A stretch of 64,000 bases of DNA from Myxococcota bacterium (GTDB taxonomy: Bacteria > Myxococcota_A > Polyangia > Polyangiales > Sandaracinaceae): contig JAYZQJ010000128.1 in assembly GCA_036149055.1 (NCBI GenBank), forward strand, positions 1 through 64,000, in the 5' to 3' direction. The translations under genes were made by a program, and so were the position numbers. The notes below the pieces were generated by a model. It ran no database searches and was not told the DNA's origin. It worked only from the letters and a program-made list of their open reading frames with translations. This document shows positions 47,064 through 57,628 of the stretch, in pieces. How positions within the stretch are numbered: position 1 is the first letter of the stretch; every line of letters begins with the position of its first letter.

Positions 47064-50000
47064 CTACTCGGCGCGGACCTCGACGACCCGGAGGTCGTCC
47101 ATGCCGATGAGGGCCATCGCGTCGGTGACCGACATCGGCACGTGCGCGCCCGCGACCGTCGAGAGGCCTCCGGTGGGGTCGATCTCCCGGAAGCGCTCGC
47201 CGTCGTGGTAGGTGACCCAGGCGTGCGCGACCAGCTCGCGCGCCGCGATCGCGAAGCCGTCCCGCTCGGTCGCCGGGATGCCGCGGCTCCGCAGCAGCGC
47301 CACCGCGAGCCGCGCGTGCTCGGTGCAGTCGCCGCGGCCGCGCGCGAGGATGGTCGAGGCGTCGAGGTTCTCGCTCGTCAGCTCGTAGCGCAGCCGCTCG
47401 GACACGAAGCGCGAGACCGCCGCGGCCACCTCCGCGGGCGAGGCGTCGGCCGGGGCGAGCGCGGCGGCCGCCTCGGTGATCGACGCGGCGCGCAGGTCGA
47501 GGATCGGGTCGGCGTGGAGCAGGCGCGTCCGCTCGTCGTCGCTCAACGACGCGGGCTCGGCCTCGGTGGCCACCGTGACCTCGAGCCGACGGGGGCCGAC
47601 GACCCGCGCGCTCACCCGGCGCCGGCGGCCGAAGAGGCGCGCGGCGACGAGCTCGGGATCCGAGGTCTCGATCACGAGCGTCAGCGCGCGATCCTGCTCG
47701 GCGTCGCGGACCCGCCGCGGCAGGGCGATCGCGTTGCGCGGGCTCTCGAGCGCGCGGTCGATCACCAGCCGCGTGTCGCCCTCCTCGGCCAGGTTGGGGA
47801 GCGCGCGCGTGACGACGCGGACCGTGTCTCTCTCCACCGTCGCCTCGAACGACAGCTCGCGCCCGAGGCCGACCATCGCGCCGAGGAACCCCAGGCCGTT
47901 GCGGCGGCGATCGTCGGCGGAGAGCGCGCCGGCGAGGCCGAGCACCATCGCCGAGGCGCGCGCGCCGTCGAGCGAGCCGGAGGCGACCCGCGGCTCGGTG
48001 GCCCCCGGCGCGCGGTCCCGGGTGGCGACCACGTCGGCCTCGTGGGTGCCGACCACGAGGAGCGCGCCGCGGCGGGCGTAGCGGAGGCCTTCGTGCGTGA
48101 CGAGCTGGCCGTCGGCCGGGTACGGGATCTCCGCGTCCCCGAACGCCGCCTCCATCTCCTCGCCGGCCCGCACCGCGGCGACCCAGCGGTCCCAGAGGCC
48201 CTCACCGACCGTCGGGTACCAGCCGAAGGCGAAGCCCTCGGCCCGAGACAGCAGCGGGTACGGCGGGCGCAGCGGCTCGTCGCCTCGGTCGTAGGGCGTC
48301 GCGAGCCCGGCCGCGGTGCCCGCGTCGATCGCCAGCGCGATGCGGGCCACCGCGCCGTCCGGGAGGCGGGCCGCGAGGTCGCTGACGTCGGCGAGCGCCT
48401 CGTCCTCCGCCGGGAGCGTGATCTGGGTGGTGATGCCGGCGCCGTCGGCGACCATCTCCAGGCTCACCTCCGACCACGGCATCGGCACGCTCTCGTCGAG
48501 CTCCACGTCGACGTTGGCCATCTGGAGCACCGCGCCCTCGGACCAGTCGCGGGTGAGCCGGCGGAAGGTGCGGTCGCCGGCGAGCGTGCGCGAGCGCGGC
48601 AGCGGCCGGCCGAGGAGCGCGCGGGCCATCGTCTCGAGCCCGAAGAACATCACCCGGTCGCCGGTGAAGAGGTAGTGCTCGGTGTCGATCGAGCCGTCGC
48701 CGCCCTCACGCACCTGGAAGGTGGCGAAGCGCTCGAAGGTCACCCCGCCGAGGTCCACCACCCCGCGCGAGCGCTCCTGGGCCAGCACGCCGCCGCGCGG
48801 CGGGACGCCCGAGGGCTCCTCCGGGGCCGGCGGATGCAGCATCGCGTCCACCGCCGAGGGGAGCGCGCCCGCGATCGAGGGGAGCGACGCCGCCAGGCTC
48901 GAGACCTCGAGCTGGAGCGCGACGCCGCTGTTGGTCCCGAAGGGGCGCCGGGCGAGGATCTCGCGCACCCGATCGCGGTCGCGCACGTAGGCGGTGCACA
49001 CCCACGAGGGCGGGAAGCGATCCGAGCGCGCGCACTCCACCGGGCGCTCGAGGTCCAGGCCGCCGTCGGGCCCGAGCAGCTCGCCGCCCATGTTCTCGAC
49101 CATCATCGCGATCGAGCGCCGCGCGATCGCGGTGTCCATCGCGCTCCCGGAGCGCAGGCGATCGTGGAGCTGCTGGAGCGTGGCCAGGAAGAGGCCCGGC
49201 TGCGGCACGCGGGTGTAGGTCCAGTGGCCGCCCGGGAGCACCTCGGGGAGCGGCGCGGTCGCCATGCGCTGCACGAGGCTGCGGGACAGCCGCGCGCGGT
49301 GACGCACCGGCTGGGCGGCGCGCCAGTCCTCGGCGATGCGCTGCACGCGCGAGTTCTCGGAGCGCTCGCGGCCGAGCGCGTGGCGGAGCGCGGTGAGGTT
49401 CCAGTCGAGCCGGTTGTGGAGCGCGCGGAGCGCCGGGTCCTCGCTGCCGTCGGTGGCGTCGAAGGCGCGCTGCAGCCGGGGCAGGTCGTCCGGATCGAGC
49501 TCCCGCGCGAGCAGCCAGGAGAGGGTCTGGGTGAGGCGCCGGTCGGCGTCCTGGCCGTAGTCGGTGATCGCGTCGAAGCGCGCGCGGAGCGCGGTCACGT
49601 CCTCCGGCTCGAAGGACTGGTAGAACGAGTGGAGCGCGTGCATCGCGTCCTCCGGTCGCCCGGTCCGCACGATCTCTCGCATGCGCTCTCGCGGCACCGT
49701 GTCGCCCACCGCGTAGTTGGAGGCGAACGCGAGCGCGCGGACCCGCTCCTCCGCGTGGCCGAGGAGCGCGCTGGTGACCGACACGCGCTGCGCGGGCGGG
49801 AGCGCGCCGATCATCTCGACGAGCCCCATCGGCGGCAGCCGGGTCTCCATGCGCCCCGTGCCCGACGCGGCGCGCTCCGGCGGCAGCTCGGCGATCGCCG
49901 TCACCAGGGCCTCGGCCGTCTCCGCGTCGGCGCGGACCGCCGCGACGCCGAGGTCGTGGATGCGCGGATCGGGGTCGAGCGTGGCCGCGAGCCCGAGCGC

Positions 50001-53000
50001 TCCGTGACGACCCTCGGACGGATCGACGCACGCCATCAGCCGCCGGCGCCGGGCGACGTCGAGCTCGGTCAGGAACAGCGCGCGGACGAGCCCGGCGCGG
50101 GCCGCCGGGTCCGCCACCGCGGCCAGGGGCTCGGTGATCGGGCAGCCGTCGCCCTCGCTCGCCTCGAGCGCGAGGCGCGCGGTCCAGAGCGCTCCCGTCC
50201 ACGACGGCTCGGCGGGCGCCTCTCCGCGCAGCGCCTCGCTCCCCCGCGGGCCGATGACGACGTCGGTGGGCCGGAAGGTCAGCTCGTAGACGCGCAGGGC
50301 TCGCCCCACCCAGCCGACGTCGGCGATCGGGCCGCCGCTGATCAGGGTGATCACCCGGGTGCCCACGGGGACGACGCTGAGGAAGATCGCGGTCGGCCCG
50401 CGGGTGAGCAGCACGCGACGGCCCTCGCCGATCGGGAGCGAGACCGGCGCGGTCCAGCGGTGCACGAAGCCCGCGCGGGTGAGCTGGGGCACGACCTGGT
50501 CGACGCAGCTGTCGGCCTCGCAGTCCGAGTGCCGCGGATCGAACGCGACGCGGGCGCGCACGTCGCCGCGGCTCGACCCCGTCCCGCCGTCGGCGGTCAG
50601 ACCGGACGTCAGCCAGACCTCGAGCCCCTGGGTCGCGTCGACGGCGCGGGTGCTCGTGGCGAGCTCCTCCGCGCTCAGCTGCACGGCCTCCATCTCCGCG
50701 GTGGCCGACTCCGGATCGGCGATCCACGGGGGCAGCTCCACCTCGGGCAGGAGGGTCGCGGTCTCGAGCCGCGGGTCGTCGGCGAAGTCCTCGCGCAGCG
50801 CGGCGAGCGCGCGGTCCACCTCCTCCTCGCCGAAGGTGGTCACCCAGATCGGCAGCGCGTAGAGCAGCGCGCTCGGCCGCGGCGCGCGGTCGTAGAGGTG
50901 ATGGAGCGCCCGCGCGGCCTCGACCGGCCGCCCGCCCTGCTCCTGCGCGAAGACCGCGCCGGCGAAGGTGGCGAGCCGCGCGTCGGGGTGCGCCTCGACG
51001 AGCGGCAGCACCGACTCGCGGGTGAACCCGCTCGCGCGCGCCCGGACGTACGCGTTGAGGCCGTCGCCGTCGATCTCGCCGGCCTCGAGGTCCTGGCGAG
51101 CCCAGGCGATCAGATCGCGGGCGAGGTAGGCGAGCGCCCGGGCCTGCTCGCGGTGGTCCTCGGAGGCCGGGAACGCGAGGGCGAGGTCGAGGTAGGCCTC
51201 GGCGAGCGGCAGATCCCCCTCGGCGAGGGCCAGCATCGATCGCTCGGTGGCGCGCTCGATGAAGTCGAGGTTGGCGGGCACCTGGGAGCGGACCGAGACG
51301 CCGCGGTAGGGCGTCTGCGAGACGTCCTCCGGCTCGATCTGCCAGGACTCGGTCGAGTGGGCGAGCTCGCGGAGACGCCAGACCGCCGCGCGATCGGGAT
51401 CGCCGCGCTCGCCGTGCCAGCGCCGGATCTGCCCGAGCAGGAAGACGTCCGAGGAGGCCTCGGCCGCGGGCTCGATCCGGGCGAAGAGCCGTGCGACGTC
51501 GATGCCCGCGGCGCGCGCGCGATCGGGGGCGTGGCGCACCACCCAGGTGAGCCTCGTCGACATCGACGCCGGGGGCGACGGGAGCCGCCAGGCGCGCCAG
51601 CACGGCTCCACCGCCTCGGCCGCGTCCCCGGCGAAGGCGACCTGGGAGCAGGTGAGCGGCTGCAGGCGCGGGTCGGCGTCGGCGTGCGCGACGAGCCACG
51701 CCGCGACGGCTTCGGTCTCGACCTCCGCGTCGACCCAGCGCTGGTAGAGGATCCAGGCGTGCGCCGGGAGGAGCGCCTCGCGCGCGAGGGCGAGCTCGGT
51801 CAGATAGCCGACGGAGCGGTGGTCGGGGTGGGCCTCGGCCAGCTCGCGGATCGGAGCCACGTCACCGGCCAGCCAGGCCAGCATCGCCCGGTCGGCGACG
51901 GCGACGGTGTCGCGCGGCGACGGCGGCACGAGGGCGAGCTTCTCCAGCGCCTCGCGCGCGCGCCTCGCGGCCAGGGTCGCGTCGGTGCTCTCGCCCACCC
52001 AGGCGAGCAGCTGGCGCTCCCAGCGGTAACGCGCGCGGGCGTGGAGCAGCGCCACCAGGCGCGGATCCGATTCGTGGTCGTACGCGTAGGCGTCGTCGAC
52101 CCGCGCGTGGAGCTCGGCCGCGCTCGAGGCCAGCCCGGCCGCGACGACGCGATCGGTCAGGGAGAGCCGGCCGGTGGCGTAGCGCACCCAGGGCGCCGCC
52201 GCGGCGGGGGTCGCGGCGGCGTCGAGCGAGGCTCGGATCGCGCCGACCCCGCGCCGGATCTGATCCGACCCCGGCCGACGCAGCGCGGCGGCGCGCTCGA
52301 GCCGGAGGGCCTCCTCCCCCGGCCCCGCGGCGCGGGCCGCGAAGTGGAGCGCCTCGGCCGAGCGAGGCGCGTGCGCCTGGAGCGCGGCCGTCCACCGCCG
52401 CTCGTCCTCGGCGTCGCCCCGCCGCGCCGCCGCGACGGCGAGGTGGCCCAGCGCGAGGGTGCGCGCGTCGCCCGACAGCGCGTCGACGACCTCCGCGAGG
52501 CCCCCGAGCTCGGCGGCGCGCCGGTAATGGCTCGCGCGCGAGGCCTCCAGGAGCCGGGCGAGCGGCGAGCCCTCGAGCGCGACCGCCTCGCCCGGGGTCC
52601 GCAGCTCGCCCTCCAGCGGCTCGGCCAACCCGAGGCGCTCGGCGTGCGCGGCCGGATCCTCGCCCGGCGCGAGGGCGGCGGCGAAGGCCGCCCGGGTGGT
52701 CCGCGAGAGGAGCGCGCCGCGCTCGCGGAGGATGCGCCGCGCCGCCTCCAGGTCGCCGTCGCGGATCGCGATCAGCGCGCTGGCCCGGACCCACTCGCCG
52801 CGCAGGGCCACCTCGGTCCCCGCGTAGCTGGCGAGCCAACGGCGCACCTCCGCGCGCTGGGTGTCCGGGGCGAAGGGGGCCTCCTGGATCGCGCTCACCG
52901 TCGCCGGGCCGCGCGCTCCGATCGTCTCCACGACGTCGGTGTCGGCGGGCCAGCCCCCGTAGAGCTGCTCGGTCAGCGCCTCGCGCGCCTCGCAGCGCTC

Positions 53001-54293
53001 CTCCGTCAGGCGGCGCGTCAGGCAGGTGGCGAGCGCCGGCGCGAGGTCCGGCCGCGACTCGGCGACGACGTCGAGGGCTCGGCGACGGAGCCCCGCGTCC
53101 GCCGCCGGATCGGCCACCACAGCGCGCACCGCGCGATACGGCGCGCCCCGTCCCCAGGCGTCGACCTGAGCGCGCGCCAGCTCCCGCAGGGTCTCGCGCG
53201 TCTCGTCCGACGCCCCCGCGAGGTCGTGGAGGTAGGAGACCAGCCGGTAGAGGAACGACGAGCGGGCCACCTCGCCCCGGTCCCGAGCGAGCGCGCGAAT
53301 CTCCGCCGGGCGGTCCGCGTGGAGCGCGCCGAGGGCGACGATCACCCGCGCCGCCAACCGCGTCTCGTCGTCCCGGGCCCGCGCTCGCGCCCGCTCCGCC
53401 AGCCGCGCGGCGTCGGGGTGCTGCCCGTAGAGGCTCGCGGCCCAGGCGCTCGCGAGGGTGAGGATCGGATCGTCCCGGCGGCCGCGGCGGGCCAGCTCGA
53501 GGTGCCCGACGTCCTCGAGATCGACGTTGCCGAGCGGCATGTGCAGGACCAGTTCGCGGGTCCGTGGCTCGGCCGCGAGGCGGAGCGCGATCCACGCCGG
53601 CACGTGCGCCGGGTCGAGCCGGTGCAGGGCGCGCGCCGCCTCCACCGCGCCCTCCAGGTCGCCGCTGGCGCGCGCGTGGTCGTAGCGTCCCCCGAGGGCT
53701 TGCGTCGCCCCCGCCCCCACCGAGGCGAGCGCCTCGATCGAGGGCCAGCGCGCCTCGTGGGTGACGTCCGGGCGCGATCTCCAGGCCCACGCGTGCGGCG
53801 GGAGCGCGGCCACCACGTGGTCGGGCGTGTCCACCAGGCGGCCGACGTCGCGCAGACGCCCCAGCCGGGCGATGGCGTCGCGGTAGGGCGCGAGGTCCGG
53901 CGCGTCGGCGAGCGCGTCCAGCGCGAGGCGGTCGTCGCTGGCCTCGGCCGCCATCGCGACGACCCAGCCCCGCGTCTCCTCCACGCGGGCCCGCGCCGCC
54001 GCGGACTCGGCCCCCCGCGCGGTCGCCAGGTCGGCGCGCGCCAGGCCCATCGCGAGGCGGAGGGTGCGGGTCGCCGCGTCGGGCTGCCCCAGGGCGAGCT
54101 CGAGCTCGGCGAGGCGGCGCAGCCGGGCGAGGTCGCGGACGGGTTCACCGACCAGATCGCCCCGGTGACCGAGCGCGAGACGGGCGCGGGTCTGGGCGTC
54201 GGTGACGGGCGGCAGCTCGGTGCGCAGCGCCACGAGGTGACTGGGGGCGCAGCCGGCGGCGGCGAGCGCGAGGAGACAGAGGAGCCGGTGCAT
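47064..54293 (-). CDS. Giant (2409 aa) lipoprotein with TPR/helical repeats and C-terminal transglutaminase-like domain
   Basis: Lipobox AAAGC. GRGDCTEHARLAVALLRSRGIPA...HAWV...IDPT (Cys-His-Asp triad). Confidence 0.85.
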   Translation of the reverse strand: MHRLLCLLALAAAGCAPSHLVALRTELPPVTDAQTRARLALGHRGDLVGEPVRDLARLRRLAELELALGQPDAATRTLRLAMGLARADLATARGAESAAARARVEETRGWVVAMAAEASDDRLALDALADAPDLAPYRDAIARLGRLRDVGRLVDTPDHVVAALPPHAWAWRSRPDVTHEARWPSIEALASVGAGATQALGGRYDHARASGDLEGAVEAARALHRLDPAHVPAWIALRLAAEPRTRELVLHMPLGNVDLEDVGHLELARRGRRDDPILTLASAWAASLYGQHPDAARLAERARARARDDETRLAARVIVALGALHADRPAEIRALARDRGEVARSSFLYRLVSYLHDLAGASDETRETLRELARAQVDAWGRGAPYRAVRAVVADPAADAGLRRRALDVVAESRPDLAPALATCLTRRLTEERCEAREALTEQLYGGWPADTDVVETIGARGPATVSAIQEAPFAPDTQRAEVRRWLASYAGTEVALRGEWVRASALIAIRDGDLEAARRILRERGALLSRTTRAAFAAALAPGEDPAAHAERLGLAEPLEGELRTPGEAVALEGSPLARLLEASRASHYRRAAELGGLAEVVDALSGDARTLALGHLAVAAARRGDAEDERRWTAALQAHAPRSAEALHFAARAAGPGEEALRLERAAALRRPGSDQIRRGVGAIRASLDAAATPAAAAPWVRYATGRLSLTDRVVAAGLASSAAELHARVDDAYAYDHESDPRLVALLHARARYRWERQLLAWVGESTDATLAARRAREALEKLALVPPSPRDTVAVADRAMLAWLAGDVAPIRELAEAHPDHRSVGYLTELALAREALLPAHAWILYQRWVDAEVETEAVAAWLVAHADADPRLQPLTCSQVAFAGDAAEAVEPCWRAWRLPSPPASMSTRLTWVVRHAPDRARAAGIDVARLFARIEPAAEASSDVFLLGQIRRWHGERGDPDRAAVWRLRELAHSTESWQIEPEDVSQTPYRGVSVRSQVPANLDFIERATERSMLALAEGDLPLAEAYLDLALAFPASEDHREQARALAYLARDLIAWARQDLEAGEIDGDGLNAYVRARASGFTRESVLPLVEAHPDARLATFAGAVFAQEQGGRPVEAARALHHLYDRAPRPSALLYALPIWVTTFGEEEVDRALAALREDFADDPRLETATLLPEVELPPWIADPESATAEMEAVQLSAEELATSTRAVDATQGLEVWLTSGLTADGGTGSSRGDVRARVAFDPRHSDCEADSCVDQVVPQLTRAGFVHRWTAPVSLPIGEGRRVLLTRGPTAIFLSVVPVGTRVITLISGGPIADVGWVGRALRVYELTFRPTDVVIGPRGSEALRGEAPAEPSWTGALWTARLALEASEGDGCPITEPLAAVADPAARAGLVRALFLTELDVARRRRLMACVDPSEGRHGALGLAATLDPDPRIHDLGVAAVRADAETAEALVTAIAELPPERAASGTGRMETRLPPMGLVEMIGALPPAQRVSVTSALLGHAEERVRALAFASNYAVGDTVPRERMREIVRTGRPEDAMHALHSFYQSFEPEDVTALRARFDAITDYGQDADRRLTQTLSWLLARELDPDDLPRLQRAFDATDGSEDPALRALHNRLDWNLTALRHALGRERSENSRVQRIAEDWRAAQPVRHRARLSRSLVQRMATAPLPEVLPGGHWTYTRVPQPGLFLATLQQLHDRLRSGSAMDTAIARRSIAMMVENMGGELLGPDGGLDLERPVECARSDRFPPSWVCTAYVRDRDRVREILARRPFGTNSGVALQLEVSSLAASLPSIAGALPSAVDAMLHPPAPEEPSGVPPRGGVLAQERSRGVVDLGGVTFERFATFQVREGGDGSIDTEHYLFTGDRVMFFGLETMARALLGRPLPRSRTLAGDRTFRRLTRDWSEGAVLQMANVDVELDESVPMPWSEVSLEMVADGAGITTQITLPAEDEALADVSDLAARLPDGAVARIALAIDAGTAAGLATPYDRGDEPLRPPYPLLSRAEGFAFGWYPTVGEGLWDRWVAAVRAGEEMEAAFGDAEIPYPADGQLVTHEGLRYARRGALLVVGTHEADVVATRDRAPGATEPRVASGSLDGARASAMVLGLAGALSADDRRRNGLGFLGAMVGLGRELSFEATVERDTVRVVTRALPNLAEEGDTRLVIDRALESPRNAIALPRRVRDAEQDRALTLVIETSDPELVAARLFGRRRRVSARVVGPRRLEVTVATEAEPASLSDDERTRLLHADPILDLRAASITEAAAALAPADASPAEVAAAVSRFVSERLRYELTSENLDASTILARGRGDCTEHARLAVALLRSRGIPATERDGFAIAARELVAHAWVTYHDGERFREIDPTGGLSTVAGAHVPMSVTDAMALIGMDDLRVVEVRAE

Positions 54294-54355
54294 CGGAGCC
54301 GAGGAGCCTTGCGCAGCACAGCGCAGGAAGCAAACCTCGCTTCAGCCCCCGCAGG

Positions 54356-55225
54356 TCACAGCCCGCGATGACGCTCGTCGCGCAGCGGGATGTCTCCGCG
54401 CAGCGCCGCGTCGATCACCGACACGATGCGCTCCCGGTCGCGCGGCAGCCGGCCACCGAGCGGGAGGTAGTTGCTCGCGTGGTTGGTGCGAAACACCGCG
54501 TCGGTGGGGCGCGCCAGGTCGACCATGGTGCGCAGCTCGCGGAGCAGCGCGGGCACCGCCGGGACCTCGAACTTGCCGCGCGCCCGCAACGTGGCGAGCG
54601 GCGTGCCGGGGACCACGGTGACGGTGAGCGCGGCGAAGTAGGCCGGGTCCATCTCGGTGACGAGCCGGGCGGTGGCCTCGGCGTGGGCCTCGGCGCGCTC
54701 GGGCGCGATGCCGAGGAGCGCGATCACGCTGAGCTTCATGCCGGCCGCGTGCGCGCGCCGCGCCGCCTCGACGTGGCCCTCGAAGGTGTCGCCCTTGGCG
54801 ATGCGCTTGAGCGTGACGTCGTCGCCCGACTCGGGGCCGATGTAGAGCGTGGTCAGGCCGTGCTCGCGCAGGGTGCGCAGCTCGTCGTCGGTCTTGCCGG
54901 CGACGTTGCGGGCCATCGCGTAGCAGCTCACCCGCCGGAGGCGCGGGAAGCGCGCACGCGCCCGCTCCAGGATCGGCAGCCAGTGATCCATCGGCATGAT
55001 GAGCGCGTCGCCGTCGGCGACGAAGAGCTTCTCGATCCGATCGCCGGCCGCGTCGGCCGCCGCGTCGAGGTCCTCGAGGCTCTCCTCGAGCGGCCGGAGC
55101 GCGAACTCCTTGTCGCGGTACATGTCGCAGTAGGTGCAGTGGTTCCACGAGCACCCGATCGTCGCCTGGAGGATGTAGGCGTCGGCCTCGGACGGCGGGC
55201 GGTAGATGCGACCCTGGTAACGCAC
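54356..55225 (-). CDS. Radical SAM protein (YRPPSE family, CX4CX2C)
   Basis: YQGRIYRPPSEA...GCSWNHCTYCDMY, YIGPESGDD and FRTNHASNYL. GTG start at 55225. Confidence 0.9.
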   Translation of the reverse strand: MRYQGRIYRPPSEADAYILQATIGCSWNHCTYCDMYRDKEFALRPLEESLEDLDAAADAAGDRIEKLFVADGDALIMPMDHWLPILERARARFPRLRRVSCYAMARNVAGKTDDELRTLREHGLTTLYIGPESGDDVTLKRIAKGDTFEGHVEAARRAHAAGMKLSVIALLGIAPERAEAHAEATARLVTEMDPAYFAALTVTVVPGTPLATLRARGKFEVPAVPALLRELRTMVDLARPTDAVFRTNHASNYLPLGGRLPRDRERIVSVIDAALRGDIPLRDERHRGL

Positions 55226-55308
55226 GGCCCCCGGGATGTCGCGTCCGGCGGCGACGTGCAAGGGCGCGGGGCGCGGATTACCCTCCGCGGCCTGTGCACC
55301 ACCACGCA

Positions 55309-57021
55309 GTGAACCAGGACGCAGTGATCTGTGGCGGCGGGCTCGCGGGGCTCACCCTCGCCCGTCAGCTCCGTAGGCAGCTCCCGGAGATCTCCGTCGC
55401 CGTCGTCGACCGTCAGGCGCGGCCGCTCCCGGAGGCGACCCACAAGGTCGGCGAGTCCAGCGTCGAGCTGGGCAGCCGCTACTTCGAGCACACCCTCGGC
55501 CTGCGCGAGTACCTGCTCGAGCAGCACCTGGTGAAGAACGGGCTCCGCTTCTTCCCGGGCGGCGGTCACCTCCCGCTCGCGGCCCGCACGGAGCTCGGTC
55601 CGCCGCAGCTCCCGGTGGTGCCCTCGTTCCAGCTCGACCGCGGCCGCCTCGAGAACGACCTGCGCGGCTTCTGCGAGGCCGACGGGGTCACCCTGATCGA
55701 GGGCGTCGGGGTGAAGGACATCCGGCTCGGGGACCCCCACGAGGTGGAGCTCGAGGACGGACGGGTCCTGTCGGCGCGTTGGGTGATCGACGCGACCGGC
55801 CGGCGGCGCATGCTCTCGCGCAAGCTCGGGCTCGGCCGGGACAGCGGCCATCACGCGCACGCCGCGTGGTTCCGGCTCGACGGCCGGCTCGACGTCGGCG
55901 ACCTGGTGCCGGAGGAGGAGTCCGCCTGGCACGGGCGCGACCTCGACCGCATCCGCTGGCTCTCGACCACCCACCTGATGGGCGAGGGCTACTGGGCGTG
56001 GATCATCCCGCTCTCGAGCGGCAAGACCAGCATCGGCGTCGTCGCGCACGGCGAGACGCACGGCTTCGAGACCCTGAACACCCTCGAGCGCGCGCTCGGG
56101 TGGCTCGCCACGCACGAGCCGGTGCTGCGCGAGAAGATCGACCGCTTCGAGGTCGCCGACTTCCGCTGCCTCAAGGACTACAGCTACACCTCGGAGCGCT
56201 GCCTCTCGGCCGAGCGCTGGGCCGCGGTCGGAGAGGCCGGCCTCTTCGTCGACCCCTTCTACAGCCCGGGCTCCGACTTCATCGCGCTCGCCAACGTGCA
56301 CACCGGCGAGCTGATCCGCCGCGACCTCGCGGGCGAGGACATCGCGGCGCACGCCGAGTTCGTCGACTGGTTCTACCGCCGGCTCGCCGCGATCTCGACC
56401 GAGACCTACGCCCACGCCGCGAAGGCCTACGGGCAGCCGCGGGTGATGGCGGCCAAGATCTACTGGGACAACTTCAATTACTGGTCCTTCGTCTGCCAGT
56501 ACTTCTTCCAGTCGATCTGGGCGCTCGACCTCGAGGGCCAGCGCCGCTTCGTCGACGTCGCCCAGCGCTTCGCGTCGCTCAACATCCGCGCCCAGCGCTT
56601 CTTCGCCGCGTGGGCCGCCCGCGCCGACGACGCCCCCGACGGCAAGAACGTCATCCTGCCGCCGATCCCGTCGATGCTCGCCAACCTCCACCTCGACCTC
56701 GAGCTGGAGATGACCCCGGACGAGACGCTCGCCTACATGAACGAGAAGGCGGCGCTCGCCGAGGAGCTGCTGACCGATCTCCTCCTGCGCGCCGCCGCCG
56801 AGGTCGGCCCCGAGGTCGTCGACGCCGCCGGCGCCCGGGACTGGCCCCTCGCCGGCCTCGACGCCCGGGTCGCCGCCGAGGACGGCCCCAAGCGCGGCCG
56901 CCGCCGCCGCCTCAGCAAGCTCGCCCGCGACGTCGAGCGCTGCCTCGGCCCGGCCGAGGGCTCCGTGCTCGAGGCCGGCCGCCGACTTCTCCCGCAGCGT
57001 CCCCTCGCCACCGCGCCGTGA
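55309..57021 (+). CDS. FAD-dependent oxidoreductase, flavin-dependent halogenase-like
   Basis: GGGLAG, KVGES, LVKNG, GYWAWIIP (WxWxIP) and FVDPFYSPG. Start at 55294 or 55309. Confidence 0.85.
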   Translation: MNQDAVICGGGLAGLTLARQLRRQLPEISVAVVDRQARPLPEATHKVGESSVELGSRYFEHTLGLREYLLEQHLVKNGLRFFPGGGHLPLAARTELGPPQLPVVPSFQLDRGRLENDLRGFCEADGVTLIEGVGVKDIRLGDPHEVELEDGRVLSARWVIDATGRRRMLSRKLGLGRDSGHHAHAAWFRLDGRLDVGDLVPEEESAWHGRDLDRIRWLSTTHLMGEGYWAWIIPLSSGKTSIGVVAHGETHGFETLNTLERALGWLATHEPVLREKIDRFEVADFRCLKDYSYTSERCLSAERWAAVGEAGLFVDPFYSPGSDFIALANVHTGELIRRDLAGEDIAAHAEFVDWFYRRLAAISTETYAHAAKAYGQPRVMAAKIYWDNFNYWSFVCQYFFQSIWALDLEGQRRFVDVAQRFASLNIRAQRFFAAWAARADDAPDGKNVILPPIPSMLANLHLDLELEMTPDETLAYMNEKAALAEELLTDLLLRAAAEVGPEVVDAAGARDWPLAGLDARVAAEDGPKRGRRRRLSKLARDVERCLGPAEGSVLEAGRRLLPQRPLATAP

Positions 57022-57039
57022 TTCCGTCGAGCGGGGTCC

Positions 57040-57507
57040 TCAGAACCGCCCGCCGGCCCGCAGCATCACCGCGTGCCGGGTCACCACGGGCTGGACGTCG
57101 ACCGTCCCGCGTTCGCTCCCCAGCGCGACCGCGGCGATCAAGAGCCCCAAGCCGGTCGCCTGCGCAAGGCCCGTGGCGATCAGATACGCCGGCCAGGTGT
57201 CGCCCTCGCTCGGCAACACGGCCAGCTGAATCCAAGGCCCGGCCACCGGCGCGACCCCGGCCCATCGAAACGAGGTCCACTCGGGGCGATCGCAGTCCAG
57301 GTTCGCGAGCGGGACCGCTCGGCACCCCGCGAAGACGCCGGCCACCATCGTCGAGATCCAGGCGACCCCGAGCACCGGCCCTCCGGCGACGGCGAGGTGC
57401 GCCGGGGTGTGATCTGGCGCGGCTGCCGCCGACGTCGGTCGGTCGTCCGCGCGTGCGTGGGGCGAGGAGAGCAGCAGGAGGGTGACGGCGAGCGGGAGGA
57501 GGCGCAT
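57040..57507 (-). CDS. Hypothetical exported/membrane protein
   Basis: Signal peptide HARA-D, VAPVAGPW motif, ending LRAGGRF. Confidence 0.6.
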   Translation of the reverse strand: MRLLPLAVTLLLLSSPHARADDRPTSAAAAPDHTPAHLAVAGGPVLGVAWISTMVAGVFAGCRAVPLANLDCDRPEWTSFRWAGVAPVAGPWIQLAVLPSEGDTWPAYLIATGLAQATGLGLLIAAVALGSERGTVDVQPVVTRHAVMLRAGGRF

Positions 57508-57628
57508 CGCCGGCGCTGGAGCAGGACGCGGGCCAAGCATCGGAGCCGCACCGGGCGAGCCCCGAGCGTGCCCGATCCGCCACGCGGCGTGAGATCCGTT
57601 CACACGCGGCGCCTGCTAGGATCCGCCG

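Noticed and set aside
47142..54371. 2409-aa plus-strand ORF, same length as the minus-strand giant
   Set aside because: Codon-registered antisense mirror, rich in R/A/G/V with no motifs. The equal length is coincidental.
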